NCBI GenBank assembly: GCA_036679645.1
Contig: JAZDCY010000026.1
Coordinates: forward strand, 1-64,000
Source of the DNA: Gemmatimonadota bacterium
GTDB taxonomy: Bacteria > Gemmatimonadota > Gemmatimonadetes > Gemmatimonadales > GWC2-71-9
Direction of reading: 5' to 3'
DNA length: 64,000 bases
The translations under genes were made by a program, and so were the position numbers. The notes under the pieces were generated by a model. It had not been told where the DNA came from. It ran no database searches and saw only the letters and a program-made list of their open reading frames with translations. Positions 1 to 9,315 of the stretch are shown piece after piece (positions within the stretch are counted from its first letter, which is position 1; each line of letters begins with the position of its first letter).

Positions 1-1952
1 GCATCCGTCGCGGCCGACCTCGTCAGGCGCTCGAGCGCGGCACCGGCGTGGGCGAGATCACCCGCCAGCGCCATATTCGCGGCGGCGGCCGCAACGACGG
101 GAGGCGCCGCTGACGCGAGCTGTACCACGACGTCAGCCGATTCCTTGGTGTCGCGCGTCGCGATGGCACGAAGCGCGCGGAGCGGCAACTCCAGATCTCC
201 GGCCGGACTCAACGCAAGGTACTGACTCACCAGTCCCTCAACGTCGTCCGCGCGCCGCTCGACGGCTGCTATGCGCGCGAGCGCGCCAAGCGCCACAACG
301 TGTTTGGGATCGAGTGCTACAACGCGCTCGAGCGCCCCACGCGCCTCTCCGACTAGGCGTCCGCGGTAGAAATTGCTGGCAAACCGGATATACCCGAGAT
401 GATACCAGGCCTCGACGTCTTCGGGTCGGTCCTCGAGAACCCGGGTAAACAACCTCTCCGCGCGCTCGACCGATCCATCGAGCCAAGCCCGCTGCGCGTC
501 CAACAAGAGACGCGTGTGCTCGGCAAGACGCTGCCGGCCTTGCCACGCACTCGCCGCGGCTGCCCGGGCGTCATCTAGCGCGCCGCGCGCCAGCCGAACG
601 GCCGCCAAGCGGTACCAGGCAAGCGCGAACTTGTCGTCCTCGGCTACAGCTTCCTCGAGCGCTTCGACTGCACGAGCATACTCTCCGGCACGAAAGGCCC
701 GTTCGGCACGGAGATACGCCTTGAGCGCGGGCAACGACCCTGTGGTAACGGCAGCGAGCCTGCCGAGGTGACCTCCGATGGATGTCGAGCGACCCGAGAG
801 GATCTTCCGTACGAGCGTATCGACGACGGCAAAAATCCCTTGCTCGGCGTTCCCTTCCGCATCCGCCTGCAATTCCTTCTTGCCTGCCATCTCGCATAGC
901 GTCACGCGGACCTGCAATCGCCCACGGTCGGCCACCACACTCCCGACGACATACGCTCCTGCGCCGAAGTGGACGGCGGTCTGCCGCGCCATGTCTCCGT
1001 CGATTGGGCTCTCGCGCGGCAGCACATGGGTGAGCATGGCGTGCGCGTCCACGGTGCGGAGGTCGCCGGCACCGTCCAGCTTGGCGCACAGGAGATCTAC
1101 CAAGCCTTCCTGGAGATACGCGAACTCCTCGTCACCACGGACAACGAACGGAAGGACCGCAATCAGGTCGGGCGACCCTGTATGGACCGTATCCTCTCCA
1201 GCGGGCGCACGCGGCTCCCGCTGCGGGTGGATGTCGCGCCGGTCTCGGATCGTCTGCACGAGTGCGCGCGTCTCCGGTGACGGTGTCAACCCGAGTTCGT
1301 CGGTCATGCGACGCGCGAACGCTTCGTATGCCTGGATCGCCGCCGCACGATCGCCGGTCTGATCGAGAAGTCGTACGAGCCGCTGACAGGCCGCCTCATC
1401 GTCGGGCGCGAGCTCCATGGCGCGCCGGAGCCATGCAATGGCATCGGTAGACCGGTCGCGAGTTTCGGCTTGCTCAGCCAGCCTTCCAGCCGCATCCGCC
1501 ACCGACCGCCGCAGCCGCGCGCCCTCTTCGTCGACCCAGCGCTGGAACTCCGGGGCGCTCGCGACGAAGAATCCTTCCAGCAGACCACCACAGTAATGTG
1601 CGACGGCTTCTTCGTCTCTTCCTTCCGCGAGCGCGTCTTGTGCGGCGCCTGCGTCACACCACAACCGATCGGGATTCGTCCCGACTTCGTCCCCGCGTGC
1701 GACGACCGCCTCTTCTCCCAACCATTTCCGCAGAAAGTGCAAAGCACGCCGTAACGCGGCCCGCGCGCGCGCGTCGTCCGACTCCGGCCAGAACAGCGCG
1801 AGCAGCGAGTCACGTCGGTGCAACCGCTTCGGACGGGAGGCGGCGAGATAGGCGAGGAGCCCGAATCGCTTCGGTTGCTGAAGCACCGCCGTCAGCTCGC
1901 TTCCATCCGAAGCGACCAGCCCAATCTGGCCGAGGAGATGGACTCGGATCAT
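1..1952 (-). CDS. SARP/BTAD-family transcriptional regulator with TolB-N-like and TPR C-terminal region (3' end runs off the window; absent from the ORF track)
   Basis: Manual translation from ATG 1952: MIRVHLLGQIGL...QQPKRFGLLAYLAA...RRDSLLALFWPESDDARARAALRRALHFLRK (winged HTH), ...LLEGFFVASAPEFQRWVDEERARLR...ELAPDDEAACQRLVRLL (BTAD), then IAVLPF (TolB-N-like) and TPR-like helices. Frame is open to the window edge. Confidence 0.9.
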   Translation of the reverse strand, partial: MIRVHLLGQIGLVASDGSELTAVLQQPKRFGLLAYLAASRPKRLHRRDSLLALFWPESDDARARAALRRALHFLRKWLGEEAVVARGDEVGTNPDRLWCDAGAAQDALAEGRDEEAVAHYCGGLLEGFFVASAPEFQRWVDEEGARLRRSVADAAGRLAEQAETRDRSTDAIAWLRRAMELAPDDEAACQRLVRLLDQTGDRAAAIQAYEAFARRMTDELGLTPSPETRALVQTIRDRRDIHPQREPRAPAGEDTVHTGSPDLIAVLPFVVRGDEEFAYLQEGLVDLLCAKLDGAGDLRTVDAHAMLTHVLPRESPIDGDMARQTAVHFGAGAYVVGSVVADRGRLQVRVTLCEMAGKKELQADAEGNAEQGIFAVVDTLVRKILSGRSTSIGGHLGRLAAVTTGSLPALKAYLRAERAFRAGEYARAVEALEEAVAEDDKFALAWYRLAAVRLARGALDDARAAAASAWQGRQRLAEHTRLLLDAQRAWLDGSVERAERLFTRVLEDRPEDVEAWYHLGYIRFASNFYRGRLVGEARGALERVVALDPKHVVALGALARIAAVERRADDVEGLVSQYLALSPAGDLELPLRALRAIATRDTKESADVVVQLASAAPPVVAAAAANMALAGDLAHAGAALERLTRSAATD

Positions 1953-1984
1953 GGGCGCGGGGACGCCCGGGTCACGCCGAAGTG

Positions 1985-2033
1985 TACGGGCGGGATACGG
2001 CTCGCAAGCACTGTCCCTACGGTAGCATCACAG
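1985..2033 (+). promoter_or_regulatory. Candidate SARP-type direct-repeat binding site
   Basis: TACGG at 1985, 1996 and 2018 plus CACAG at 2029 (spacings 11, 22, 11 bp), in the divergent gap between the BTAD regulator and the hydrolase gene. Confidence 0.45.
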
Positions 2034-2110
2034 CCGTGTCGGGACCAGAGGCCGCTTCTCGGCAACGGTCCCCGATCGGCAGAACATGGGAATCCCCCGA
2101 GGAGGAACCG

Positions 2111-3010
2111 ATGCTGTTCCTGGCCTTGCTGCTCGTGAGCGACACGACGGCACAGTACTACGTTCCGATCGCCCCCGCCGAGACGATCGCCGTGACCATC
2201 GCCAGAGCGGGCCCGCCGATCGTCCTGATTCCCGGTTTCTTCGGATCGGCATTCGCTTTCCGCGACGTCGCCCCTGCACTCAACGAGGCCGGGTTTCGCA
2301 CGCTGATCGTAGAGCCGCTCGGGATTGGCCGTTCGACGCGACCCCGGCGGGCGGACTACTCGCTTACCGCGCAGGCGGGGCGCGTCGCCGCCGTACTCGA
2401 TTCGCTCTCGATCGACGGTGCGGTCGTCGCAGCGCACTCGATAGGCGGGGCCATCGCCTATCGCCTCGCAATCCAACGTCCCGACCTCGTGCGCGCGATC
2501 GTCTCGATTGAGGGCGGCCCGGCCGAATCGGCGACCACGCCGGCTTTTCGCGTCGCGATGAAGTTCGCTCCTCTGCTGCGCATCATCGGAGGGCGACAGC
2601 TGCTACGCGGTCAGGCAGTGCGCAACCTGCGGGAGTCGTCCGGTGACCCGTCGTGGATCACAGAGGAAACGCTGCGCGGCTATACCCAAGATGCTGCCAG
2701 GGATCTCGGCGCGACGCTAGATGCGTTTCGCGGAATGGCGGAGGCGCGTGAGCCATGGCGCCTAGGGGATCGATTGGGCGAGGTCGCCTGCCCCGTGCAC
2801 CTGCTCATTGGCGGGGCTGAACACGCGGGCGGCGTCGCTAGCGATGAGCTGGAGTTGCTACAGTCGGAGATCGATACATTGACCCTCGAGACCGTGGACG
2901 GAACCGGGCATTTCATCTTCGAGGAGCAACCGCACGTTGTCGTTGCGGCGATCCTCCGTACAGCGGAAGGCTCCGCCCCCGCACCTCTCGCCCGGCGATC
3001 CCAAACGTAG
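2111..3010 (+). CDS. Alpha/beta fold hydrolase, probably exported
   Basis: GGAGGA RBS at 2101 before ATG 2111; hydrophobic N-terminus; oxyanion segment IPGFFG, nucleophile elbow AHSIGG, C-terminal GTGHFIFEE His motif. Confidence 0.88.
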   Translation: MLFLALLLVSDTTAQYYVPIAPAETIAVTIARAGPPIVLIPGFFGSAFAFRDVAPALNEAGFRTLIVEPLGIGRSTRPRRADYSLTAQAGRVAAVLDSLSIDGAVVAAHSIGGAIAYRLAIQRPDLVRAIVSIEGGPAESATTPAFRVAMKFAPLLRIIGGRQLLRGQAVRNLRESSGDPSWITEETLRGYTQDAARDLGATLDAFRGMAEAREPWRLGDRLGEVACPVHLLIGGAEHAGGVASDELELLQSEIDTLTLETVDGTGHFIFEEQPHVVVAAILRTAEGSAPAPLARRSQT

Positions 3011-3039
3011 CGCCTTCTCTCGCTCCGAGGCAGCACCAT

Positions 3040-3074
3040 CGAGCCTCCCTTGCCAGATCTGCGAGGGAGGCTCG
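3040..3074. terminator. Strong stem-loop downstream of the hydrolase
   Basis: CGAGCCTCCCTTGC-cagatct-GCGAGGGAGGCTCG; no clear U-tract. Confidence 0.5.
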
Positions 3075-3150
3075 CTGCGCAACAGGGGACGTACAGGTCA
3101 CGGTCGATGGCATGAGGCGGAAACGCGCGCTGGGCATCGTGTACGCGAAT

Positions 3151-3177
3151 TCGCGAAACCGACATCCGGTTTCGCGA
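3151..3177. promoter_or_regulatory. Perfect 11-bp inverted repeat upstream of the DedA/VTT gene RBS
   Basis: TCGCGAAACCG-acatc-CGGTTTCGCGA, 13 nt before AGGAGG (3191). Confidence 0.45.
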
Positions 3178-3200
3178 CAACGCGACAGCAAGGAGGCTCG

Positions 3201-3962
3201 ATGCCCGGGATGATGTTCGCGCTGGTCCGCCGACGGGGCACCACAACGGACGATCTCATGATACGCGTGACCGGTGCACTGGCTGCGAGCGCGCTCGTCG
3301 TGGCACTCGTCGTCCCGGCCGTGGCCCAACTCGCGCCGCTCGCGCTCTACACCATTTGGACTAACGGCCCACACTCGCCGGTTCTCAATGGCGCGTACGA
3401 GCCCGTCGTGATGCTTTACGGGCGGTTCTTCCCGCCCCTGCTCGTAGGAGCCGTCGGTACGGCCGCTACGGTCTTCGTCGAGTGGATCAACTACCATCTC
3501 TACGCGCGCGCGGGCGAGACCCGCATTTTGCGGAAGTTGCGCGACAGCCGCTGGCTGACCCGACTCACCGTGTGGTACCGCCGGCGGCCGTTCGGCGTGG
3601 TCCTCTTCTGTGCCCTCGGCCCGGTGCCGTTCTGGGTTGCGCGGATGCTGTCGGCGCTCTCGGGGTACTCCGTCCCCCGCCACCTGGCGGCCACAGCGCT
3701 AGGTCGGTTCCCACGACTGTGGCTCATCGCAGCTATTGGGCAACCCCTCGGGATTCCGACGTCCTGGCTGGTTGGGCTCACGGTCGGGTCGCTAGTGCTC
3801 GCGGCGGCTGGATGGGGCCTCGCGCGCCTGCGACGGTCGCCCCTCCGCTCCGCCGTGATCCGCGACCATCGGCGTACCAACGGCCGGATGCCGATGCACC
3901 TCTCACCTCGGTCTCCGCTCACGGCAGGTGCCATCACCGCTTCCACCACGGCCACGTCATGA
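3201..3962 (+). CDS. DedA/VTT (SNARE-associated)-like membrane protein
   Basis: AGGAGG RBS; several TM segments; ...INYHLY..., FCALGPVPFWVARMLSALSGYS...ATALGRFPR pattern typical of VTT domains; ATGA overlap with the next gene. Confidence 0.7.
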   Translation: MPGMMFALVRRRGTTTDDLMIRVTGALAASALVVALVVPAVAQLAPLALYTIWTNGPHSPVLNGAYEPVVMLYGRFFPPLLVGAVGTAATVFVEWINYHLYARAGETRILRKLRDSRWLTRLTVWYRRRPFGVVLFCALGPVPFWVARMLSALSGYSVPRHLAATALGRFPRLWLIAAIGQPLGIPTSWLVGLTVGSLVLAAAGWGLARLRRSPLRSAVIRDHRRTNGRMPMHLSPRSPLTAGAITASTTATS

Positions 3963-5221
3963 GCGACCCCAACATGCATCGCACACCCGAGCGACCTGCC
4001 CGACGCGTGAACGTCGAATCGGAACTCGATATCGTGGCTGCCGTGTTGGCCGTACGCGACCGCGACTCCACCCTTCGCCCTGCCGGCGCGAAGGGATCCA
4101 AGAACGGCTGCTTCAGAACTGCGGGTACCGCCCTGTCGTTCGATCGCTACAACCGGGTCCTGCACGTCGATGGCAACCTTGTCACAGCTGAGGCGGGAAT
4201 CGCGGTCGGTCGCCTCAACCGCATCCTGGATCAACACGGCCTGGCCCTTCCCACAAACGGTGAGTGGGCAGGCGCGACCATCGCCGGGGCCGCATCGAGT
4301 GGCACACATGGCGGATCGTCACGGCACGGGATCTTCGCAACGTCGATCCGCTCGCTGCGGCTCGTAACGGCAGACGGTCACGTCACGGATATCGACCGCA
4401 CACATCCTCTCTTTCCACATGTCGCAGTGTCGTTCGGCACATTTGGTGTCATCTCTACCATCACGCTCGAGTGTGTCGAGCGGTTCCATCTCGAGATGGT
4501 CATGCGCGCGATCCCGTTCGAGCGGTATCTGGCACAGCACGAGACCGAGAACAGAGACAACGAGTTCTTTGCGGCGGTATGGTTTCCGACCGCCCACCGA
4601 GTTCTGACGTTCGCGGCGAACCGGGTCCCGGCCCCTCAGACAGCATCCCGTCGGCGCGAGCGCTTCTGCCCACGCACGTTCCTGCTCAACAAGCTGTCCT
4701 GCTCGCTGGGCATCAGCGCCATCCACCGTGGATGCTTCTGCGCAACCGCCGTCGACACCAGCTCGCGCATTCTGAGTCCAATCCAAGATCGGTCTCAGCG
4801 TGTCCAGTTCCTTCGGTTCTTGAGCCGCGGGTGGAAGGCGGCGGAGGTAGCGGTGCCGGCGTCGCGATCGGGCGAGACGCTCGAGCGCCTCGAACACTTC
4901 CTGCGGGTTAATCGTCACACGCTCACGAACCCCGTTGGTCTTCGCACGTCAGCAGCGGACAACCTGAGCCTCAGCCCCTGCTACAGGCAGTCGTCGCTCT
5001 GGATCGACCTCTTTTATCGCGAGAACCAGCGGTTCGGTGCAGGCCTGCGCGCGCTGTTCGATGACCTCGATGCCCGCTGCCACTGGGGAAAACACATAGC
5101 TCTCTCGGCCGGCTACCTGCGCCGGCAGTATCCGCGCTGGGACGATTTCCGCAACGCGCGCAGGGCTGCAGATCCGACCGGAGTGTTCGCCAACACCTTC
5201 ACTCGGAGTTTCGACCTATGA
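3959..5221 (+). CDS. FAD-binding oxidoreductase, VAO/aldonolactone oxidase (ALO/GULO) family
   Basis: VTAEAGI, ATIAGAASSGTHG, SLRLVTADG, SFGTFGVISTITL (FAD_binding_4 motifs) and C-terminal RCHWGKH...DPTGVF; ATGA coupling at both ends. Confidence 0.88.
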   Translation: MSDPNMHRTPERPARRVNVESELDIVAAVLAVRDRDSTLRPAGAKGSKNGCFRTAGTALSFDRYNRVLHVDGNLVTAEAGIAVGRLNRILDQHGLALPTNGEWAGATIAGAASSGTHGGSSRHGIFATSIRSLRLVTADGHVTDIDRTHPLFPHVAVSFGTFGVISTITLECVERFHLEMVMRAIPFERYLAQHETENRDNEFFAAVWFPTAHRVLTFAANRVPAPQTASRRRERFCPRTFLLNKLSCSLGISAIHRGCFCATAVDTSSRILSPIQDRSQRVQFLRFLSRGWKAAEVAVPASRSGETLERLEHFLRVNRHTLTNPVGLRTSAADNLSLSPCYRQSSLWIDLFYRENQRFGAGLRALFDDLDARCHWGKHIALSAGYLRRQYPRWDDFRNARRAADPTGVFANTFTRSFDL

Positions 5222-6264
5222 CTACCCAAAAAGTGGTGGCTATCACGGGTGGGACCGGATTCGTGGGACGGGCCCTCATCGAACGGCTTCTCGCAACACA
5301 CGCGGTGCGCGCGTTGATCCGAACGCCGGATGAACGCACCGGTGCGTGGCAGCGACGTGGGTGCGAGCTCGTGGTCGGCAGTCTCGAGCAGCCCGGCGCG
5401 CTGGCCGACCTCGTCCGGGGGGCAGACGTCGTCCTTCACTGTGCGGCCACGATGGGCAAGAGCGACGCGGCCCTGAGTCATCGCGTCAACGTGGTTGGCA
5501 CTGAGGATCTCGCTCGTGCCGCACTCGACGCGGACGTTCGCCGCTTCATTTATGTGAGTTCGATCTCCGTATACGCGGCGACCCGGAAGCCGGACGGTGT
5601 CATCACCGAAGTCGTGCCGCCAGATCGAGTCGACCGCCTCAACCATTACGGGCGGACGAAGCATGAAGGAGAGTTGCGCGTGCGCGCGCTCTCCAGCGCA
5701 CTGGGACTGTCCTACACGATCCTCCGGCCGACGAACATCTATGGCGCCGGCTCGGGGCCGTGGTTTCATCAATTCGAGCGGATGCTACAGCGCTTCCCCT
5801 TGGCATTGGGCGACATCCCGATCGACGTCGTGCATCTCGACGACGTCGTCGATGCCATGGTCCTTGCAGCGTATTGCGACGCCGCGGCAAACGAGACGTT
5901 CCACATCGGACACGAGATGCTGAAGCTGAACGAGTTCATCTGCCGGGTGGGCCGGGTGATTGGTCGGTCGGCGCGCACGCTCCCGCCCAGGTTGGACCGC
6001 CGAGTCCGATGGGCCGTCGATACGCTCTACCGGACGGTCACGCGACGACACATGTCGATGTCATTGGTTCATCCGGTGTGGTATCCCCACGGGAAGGCGC
6101 AAGCCGCGTTCCAGTACGCACCCCAAGTCGGCATTGACGACGGGTTCGCTCGGATCGCGTTGTGGTACGGCCGGCGGTCGCTGCCGCCTAAGAACCTCCC
6201 GGAGGGCGGAAGCGATCTCGCAGCTGTACCGCTCGCCCGTTGGGATCGGACCAAGTATCCGTAA
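5218..6264 (+). CDS. NAD-dependent epimerase/dehydratase (extended SDR)
   Basis: ITGGTGFVG Rossmann motif, YVSSISVY, YGRTK catalytic YxxxK, LRPTNIYG. Confidence 0.92.
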   Translation: MTTQKVVAITGGTGFVGRALIERLLATHAVRALIRTPDERTGAWQRRGCELVVGSLEQPGALADLVRGADVVLHCAATMGKSDAALSHRVNVVGTEDLARAALDADVRRFIYVSSISVYAATRKPDGVITEVVPPDRVDRLNHYGRTKHEGELRVRALSSALGLSYTILRPTNIYGAGSGPWFHQFERMLQRFPLALGDIPIDVVHLDDVVDAMVLAAYCDAAANETFHIGHEMLKLNEFICRVGRVIGRSARTLPPRLDRRVRWAVDTLYRTVTRRHMSMSLVHPVWYPHGKAQAAFQYAPQVGIDDGFARIALWYGRRSLPPKNLPEGGSDLAAVPLARWDRTKYP

Positions 6265-9064
6265 GCTCGACGAGGAGGTTCCTGGCCCCCAGGACGTCGC
6301 CCTTGGCACGGAGCGCGTCCGCGCGGAGCGGCAGCGCCAGCCACCACGCGACCTGATCGTTGTACCCAACGAAAAACTCAAAGGCCGTGGTCGCGGCGAG
6401 GACGGTTTCGTGATCGGCGAGTGCGGCGGCCGTCTGTGCACGGGAAAGCTGCAACGGCCACAGTGAACCGACGAGTTCGAAGGAGATCTGCTCGACGTCG
6501 AACCGCCTGGTCGCGCGCGCCCATGTCCTGAGCGCCGCGGCGCTGTCGCCCCGCGCCAGACTGTCGAGCGCAACGTGATCCAACCACAGGCTTTGGGCCA
6601 CAAAACGGGTTGTGTCCGACCGTGCCAACGAGCGGAGACGGTCTGTAGCCGCGCGAGCGAGTGCCTCGTCTCGGTTCCGGTACCATCGGCCCACGATCCA
6701 CTGGGCAACGGCGTCGTCCGAGGCTGCGGCGAGTCGTTGCGCTGCGCGCGCGCGGTCCTCCTCTCCTCCCAACTCATGCGTTCCGGTGACGGCCCCAAGG
6801 ACGATCCATGTATCGGTTTCGATTGTGGGGACGCGCCGGCGCGCCGCCGTCCGCACAAGAGTGTCAGCCGATGCCCACCTGCCGCTACCAAGGAGACTCG
6901 CGAGTCCCAGACGGAAGGCGACACGCCGCGCCTGCGCCGTGGCCGCACGATCTTGGAGGGCGGCGATCGCGTCGCGTGCCACGGTGCGATGCAACGACTG
7001 GGAGCCGAATCGCCCACCACCCAACGCGAAGATCTCCATGGCCTCCACGGGACGCCGGCCGAACGACCGCATCACCGCGAGCGCCTGCTCGCCTCCGGCC
7101 AGCAGGGAGTCCGACATCCGAATCAGCTCGGCCCACACCGACGTACTGTCAATGGCGAGGTACTCTGCGAAATAGCCGCGAGCCACCGCGTCTTCCCCTT
7201 CGATGGCAGCGAGTAGGGCGAGTTGCGCAATGGGTCCGGCAAAGCGCGGGTCCTGGGCGCGCGCCTGCTGGTATGCGTACCGGGAGACAGCGGGATGGCT
7301 CTCAATGAGCGCGCCCAAGTAGAACTGCATGTATCCGAGCAGAAACCACGCGTCCGTGGCGTTGGGATGCGTGGCCACGATGTCCTGGAGCCGCTCGTGC
7401 GCCTCCTCGAGATCCCCACGACCCACAATCGCCTCGTAAGCCGCGAGCAATTTGGCCGTGGTCGGGTCGAGCCGGGCACGATACGTCACCGCGGCATCCA
7501 GCGCCGATCGCAAGGCTCCCGTAGCCCGTGTCGGTGTCAAGCGGAAGACTTCGGACAGCATTCGCTTGAAATGCGCAGGCGCAAACGTGGAGTCGAGTTC
7601 GATGACATGGTCGAAGGCAACCGTGGCAACATCGTACGCGGCGCTCCGGAACGCTCGCTCGCCTTCCCACCAGGTCCGGATCGCTGCCCAGCCCGTGGGG
7701 AGACTCGCCTCCCAACCGGCATGTTCGCGCGCTACCTGCTCGGCAAACGCCTGCGTGATCAGATTCGGAACAAGCGATGCGAGGGAGCCGACCGAGCCGC
7801 TGACGCGCGCCTCGCGAATGACCCTCGCGTCATCGGCGCGCCGCACCCAGAGCGCGACTTCGACACTGTCCTCCCCGATCACGGAAACCGATCCAGACAG
7901 CACTTCGGTGGCACCGAAGCGCTCGGACAACAGCGCGACCTTTGCTTCTTCCGAGTCGTCCGCACCGGCTCCAGCCAGGACGTTTTGGGTCGCCTCAGCG
8001 CCTATGACCCGATACTCGGGAATCCACTTGAGTTGATCGATGAGTGCGTGTGGCAGTGCGTAGCGTAGATCGACCTCTGGAAATGACCCGACCAGCGCAA
8101 ATGGTGTGACGGCGATCGTCGTTCCGCCACCCACCGCGGCACCTGCACCGTCGGGTCGGAGGATTGCCACCCCCGCTGCCGCCGCGCCGATCGCGATCAC
8201 ACCTGCCGCCGCCGCTACCACTTTCCGGGTGCGTGTGCGTCCACGCGGGGTCGCACCACCTAGCGCGAGAGGCTCGAGCCACTCACTCACGGAAGCAGGG
8301 CGCTTGTCCCGGTCCAACGCGAGTCCCCGCACGACGGCCCGCGCGATATCAACCGAGAGATCCGGCCGCGCCGCGCGCAACGCTACCTGGATCTCCAGCG
8401 CGTCCTTTGTCGTGTCCGGGCGGTAGCCCGTCAGCGCCTCGCAGGCGACTGCTGCCAGCGCGTAGAGGTCGGCCCGCCCATCGACATCCCCTCCGACAAG
8501 CTGCTCGGGGGCCATATAGGCCGGTGTGCCGACAGCGAAACCGGTGAGTGTGAGACCCTCCGCTTCTCTCGGCCGCGCAACACCAAAATCGGCAAGCAAC
8601 CACCGTCCGCTCGCCTCCTCCTGGAGGATGTTGCCGGGTTTGACGTCACGGTGCACGACTCCCCGCTCGTGGGCGAATGCCAGCGCGGACCCCATATCAT
8701 GCAACATCCGCAGCACCTCCCCGAGCTCCATCTTCCCCCCATCTTCCAGGAGGTCGGCGAGCGAGCGACCCTCGACAAATGGCATGATGAAGAACGCGAG
8801 CCCGTCGCGGATATCGAACTCGTAGACCGGGACGATGTACGGATGGGGGAGGTTGGCTGCGAGACGGGCTTCCTGGGAGAACCGCCCGAGTTCCTGGGAC
8901 TGCTCCTCAGCTGGAACGGGCAGCACCTTGATGGCAATGCGAGAGCCGAGCGCCCGGTGCCGTCCAAGGAAGACAGCCCCCATGCCACCCTGTCCAAACA
9001 GGGTTTCGACTTCGTAGCGATCGCCGACCGCAGCGCGGACGCGGTCAATGGCTGGTGCGTCCAT
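6188..9064 (-). CDS. Hanks-type Ser/Thr protein kinase with TM segment, TolB-N-like and TPR region
   Basis: GQGGMGAV, AIKVL, HRDVKPGN, DFG, GTPAYMAPE; TM VVAAAAGVIAIGAAAAGVAIL; helical repeats after it. Alternative GTG start at 9073. Confidence 0.93.
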   Translation of the reverse strand: MDAPAIDRVRAAVGDRYEVETLFGQGGMGAVFLGRHRALGSRIAIKVLPVPAEEQSQELGRFSQEARLAANLPHPYIVPVYEFDIRDGLAFFIMPFVEGRSLADLLEDGGKMELGEVLRMLHDMGSALAFAHERGVVHRDVKPGNILQEEASGRWLLADFGVARPREAEGLTLTGFAVGTPAYMAPEQLVGGDVDGRADLYALAAVACEALTGYRPDTTKDALEIQVALRAARPDLSVDIARAVVRGLALDRDKRPASVSEWLEPLALGGATPRGRTRTRKVVAAAAGVIAIGAAAAGVAILRPDGAGAAVGGGTTIAVTPFALVGSFPEVDLRYALPHALIDQLKWIPEYRVIGAEATQNVLAGAGADDSEEAKVALLSERFGATEVLSGSVSVIGEDSVEVALWVRRADDARVIREARVSGSVGSLASLVPNLITQAFAEQVAREHAGWEASLPTGWAAIRTWWEGERAFRSAAYDVATVAFDHVIELDSTFAPAHFKRMLSEVFRLTPTRATGALRSALDAAVTYRARLDPTTAKLLAAYEAIVGRGDLEEAHERLQDIVATHPNATDAWFLLGYMQFYLGALIESHPAVSRYAYQQARAQDPRFAGPIAQLALLAAIEGEDAVARGYFAEYLAIDSTSVWAELIRMSDSLLAGGEQALAVMRSFGRRPVEAMEIFALGGGRFGSQSLHRTVARDAIAALQDRAATAQARRVAFRLGLASLLGSGRWASADTLVRTAARRRVPTIETDTWIVLGAVTGTHELGGEEDRARAAQRLAAASDDAVAQWIVGRWYRNRDEALARAATDRLRSLARSDTTRFVAQSLWLDHVALDSLARGDSAAALRTWARATRRFDVEQISFELVGSLWPLQLSRAQTAAALADHETVLAATTAFEFFVGYNDQVAWWLALPLRADALRAKGDVLGARNLLVELTDTWSDPNGRAVQLRDRFRPPGGS

Positions 9065-9284
9065 CCGCCTCACGCCTTCCTTGGAACAGCATCAAATGTA
9101 CGGCCCGGGTCTCAGACCACTAGGGTAGGATCACATCGGGGGCCCGCGTCCATCGATGAAAGGGCGTGTACGGTGTCGCGGCCGGCCGCGGCTGCCTTGC
9201 TCGTCGCGAACGTGGTACGCGATCTCGTCTTCTAGGTGGAGATACCGGGGGTCGTTTACCTTGGCGCGGGCCGTTAGGCCCTAG

Positions 9285-9315
9285 GCCCCCCCTCTCGTCG
9301 ACGGCGAGAGGGGGC
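9285..9315 (-). terminator. GC-rich hairpin directly after the 33-aa peptide stop codon
   Basis: Minus strand GCCCCCTCTCG-ccgtcga-CGAGAGGGGGGC begins at the base after TAA. Confidence 0.65.

Noticed and set aside
1598..2110. Long N-terminal extensions in the ORF track (1598, 3482, 22379, 36188, 38133, 48722, 54649, 63544)
   Set aside because: They overlap neighbouring genes or intergenic DNA; RBS position and family N-termini support the shorter starts used here.
9156..9235. Possible C-terminal remnant (...AAAALLVANVVRDLVF*) on the + strand
   Set aside because: Too short to assign without a search.
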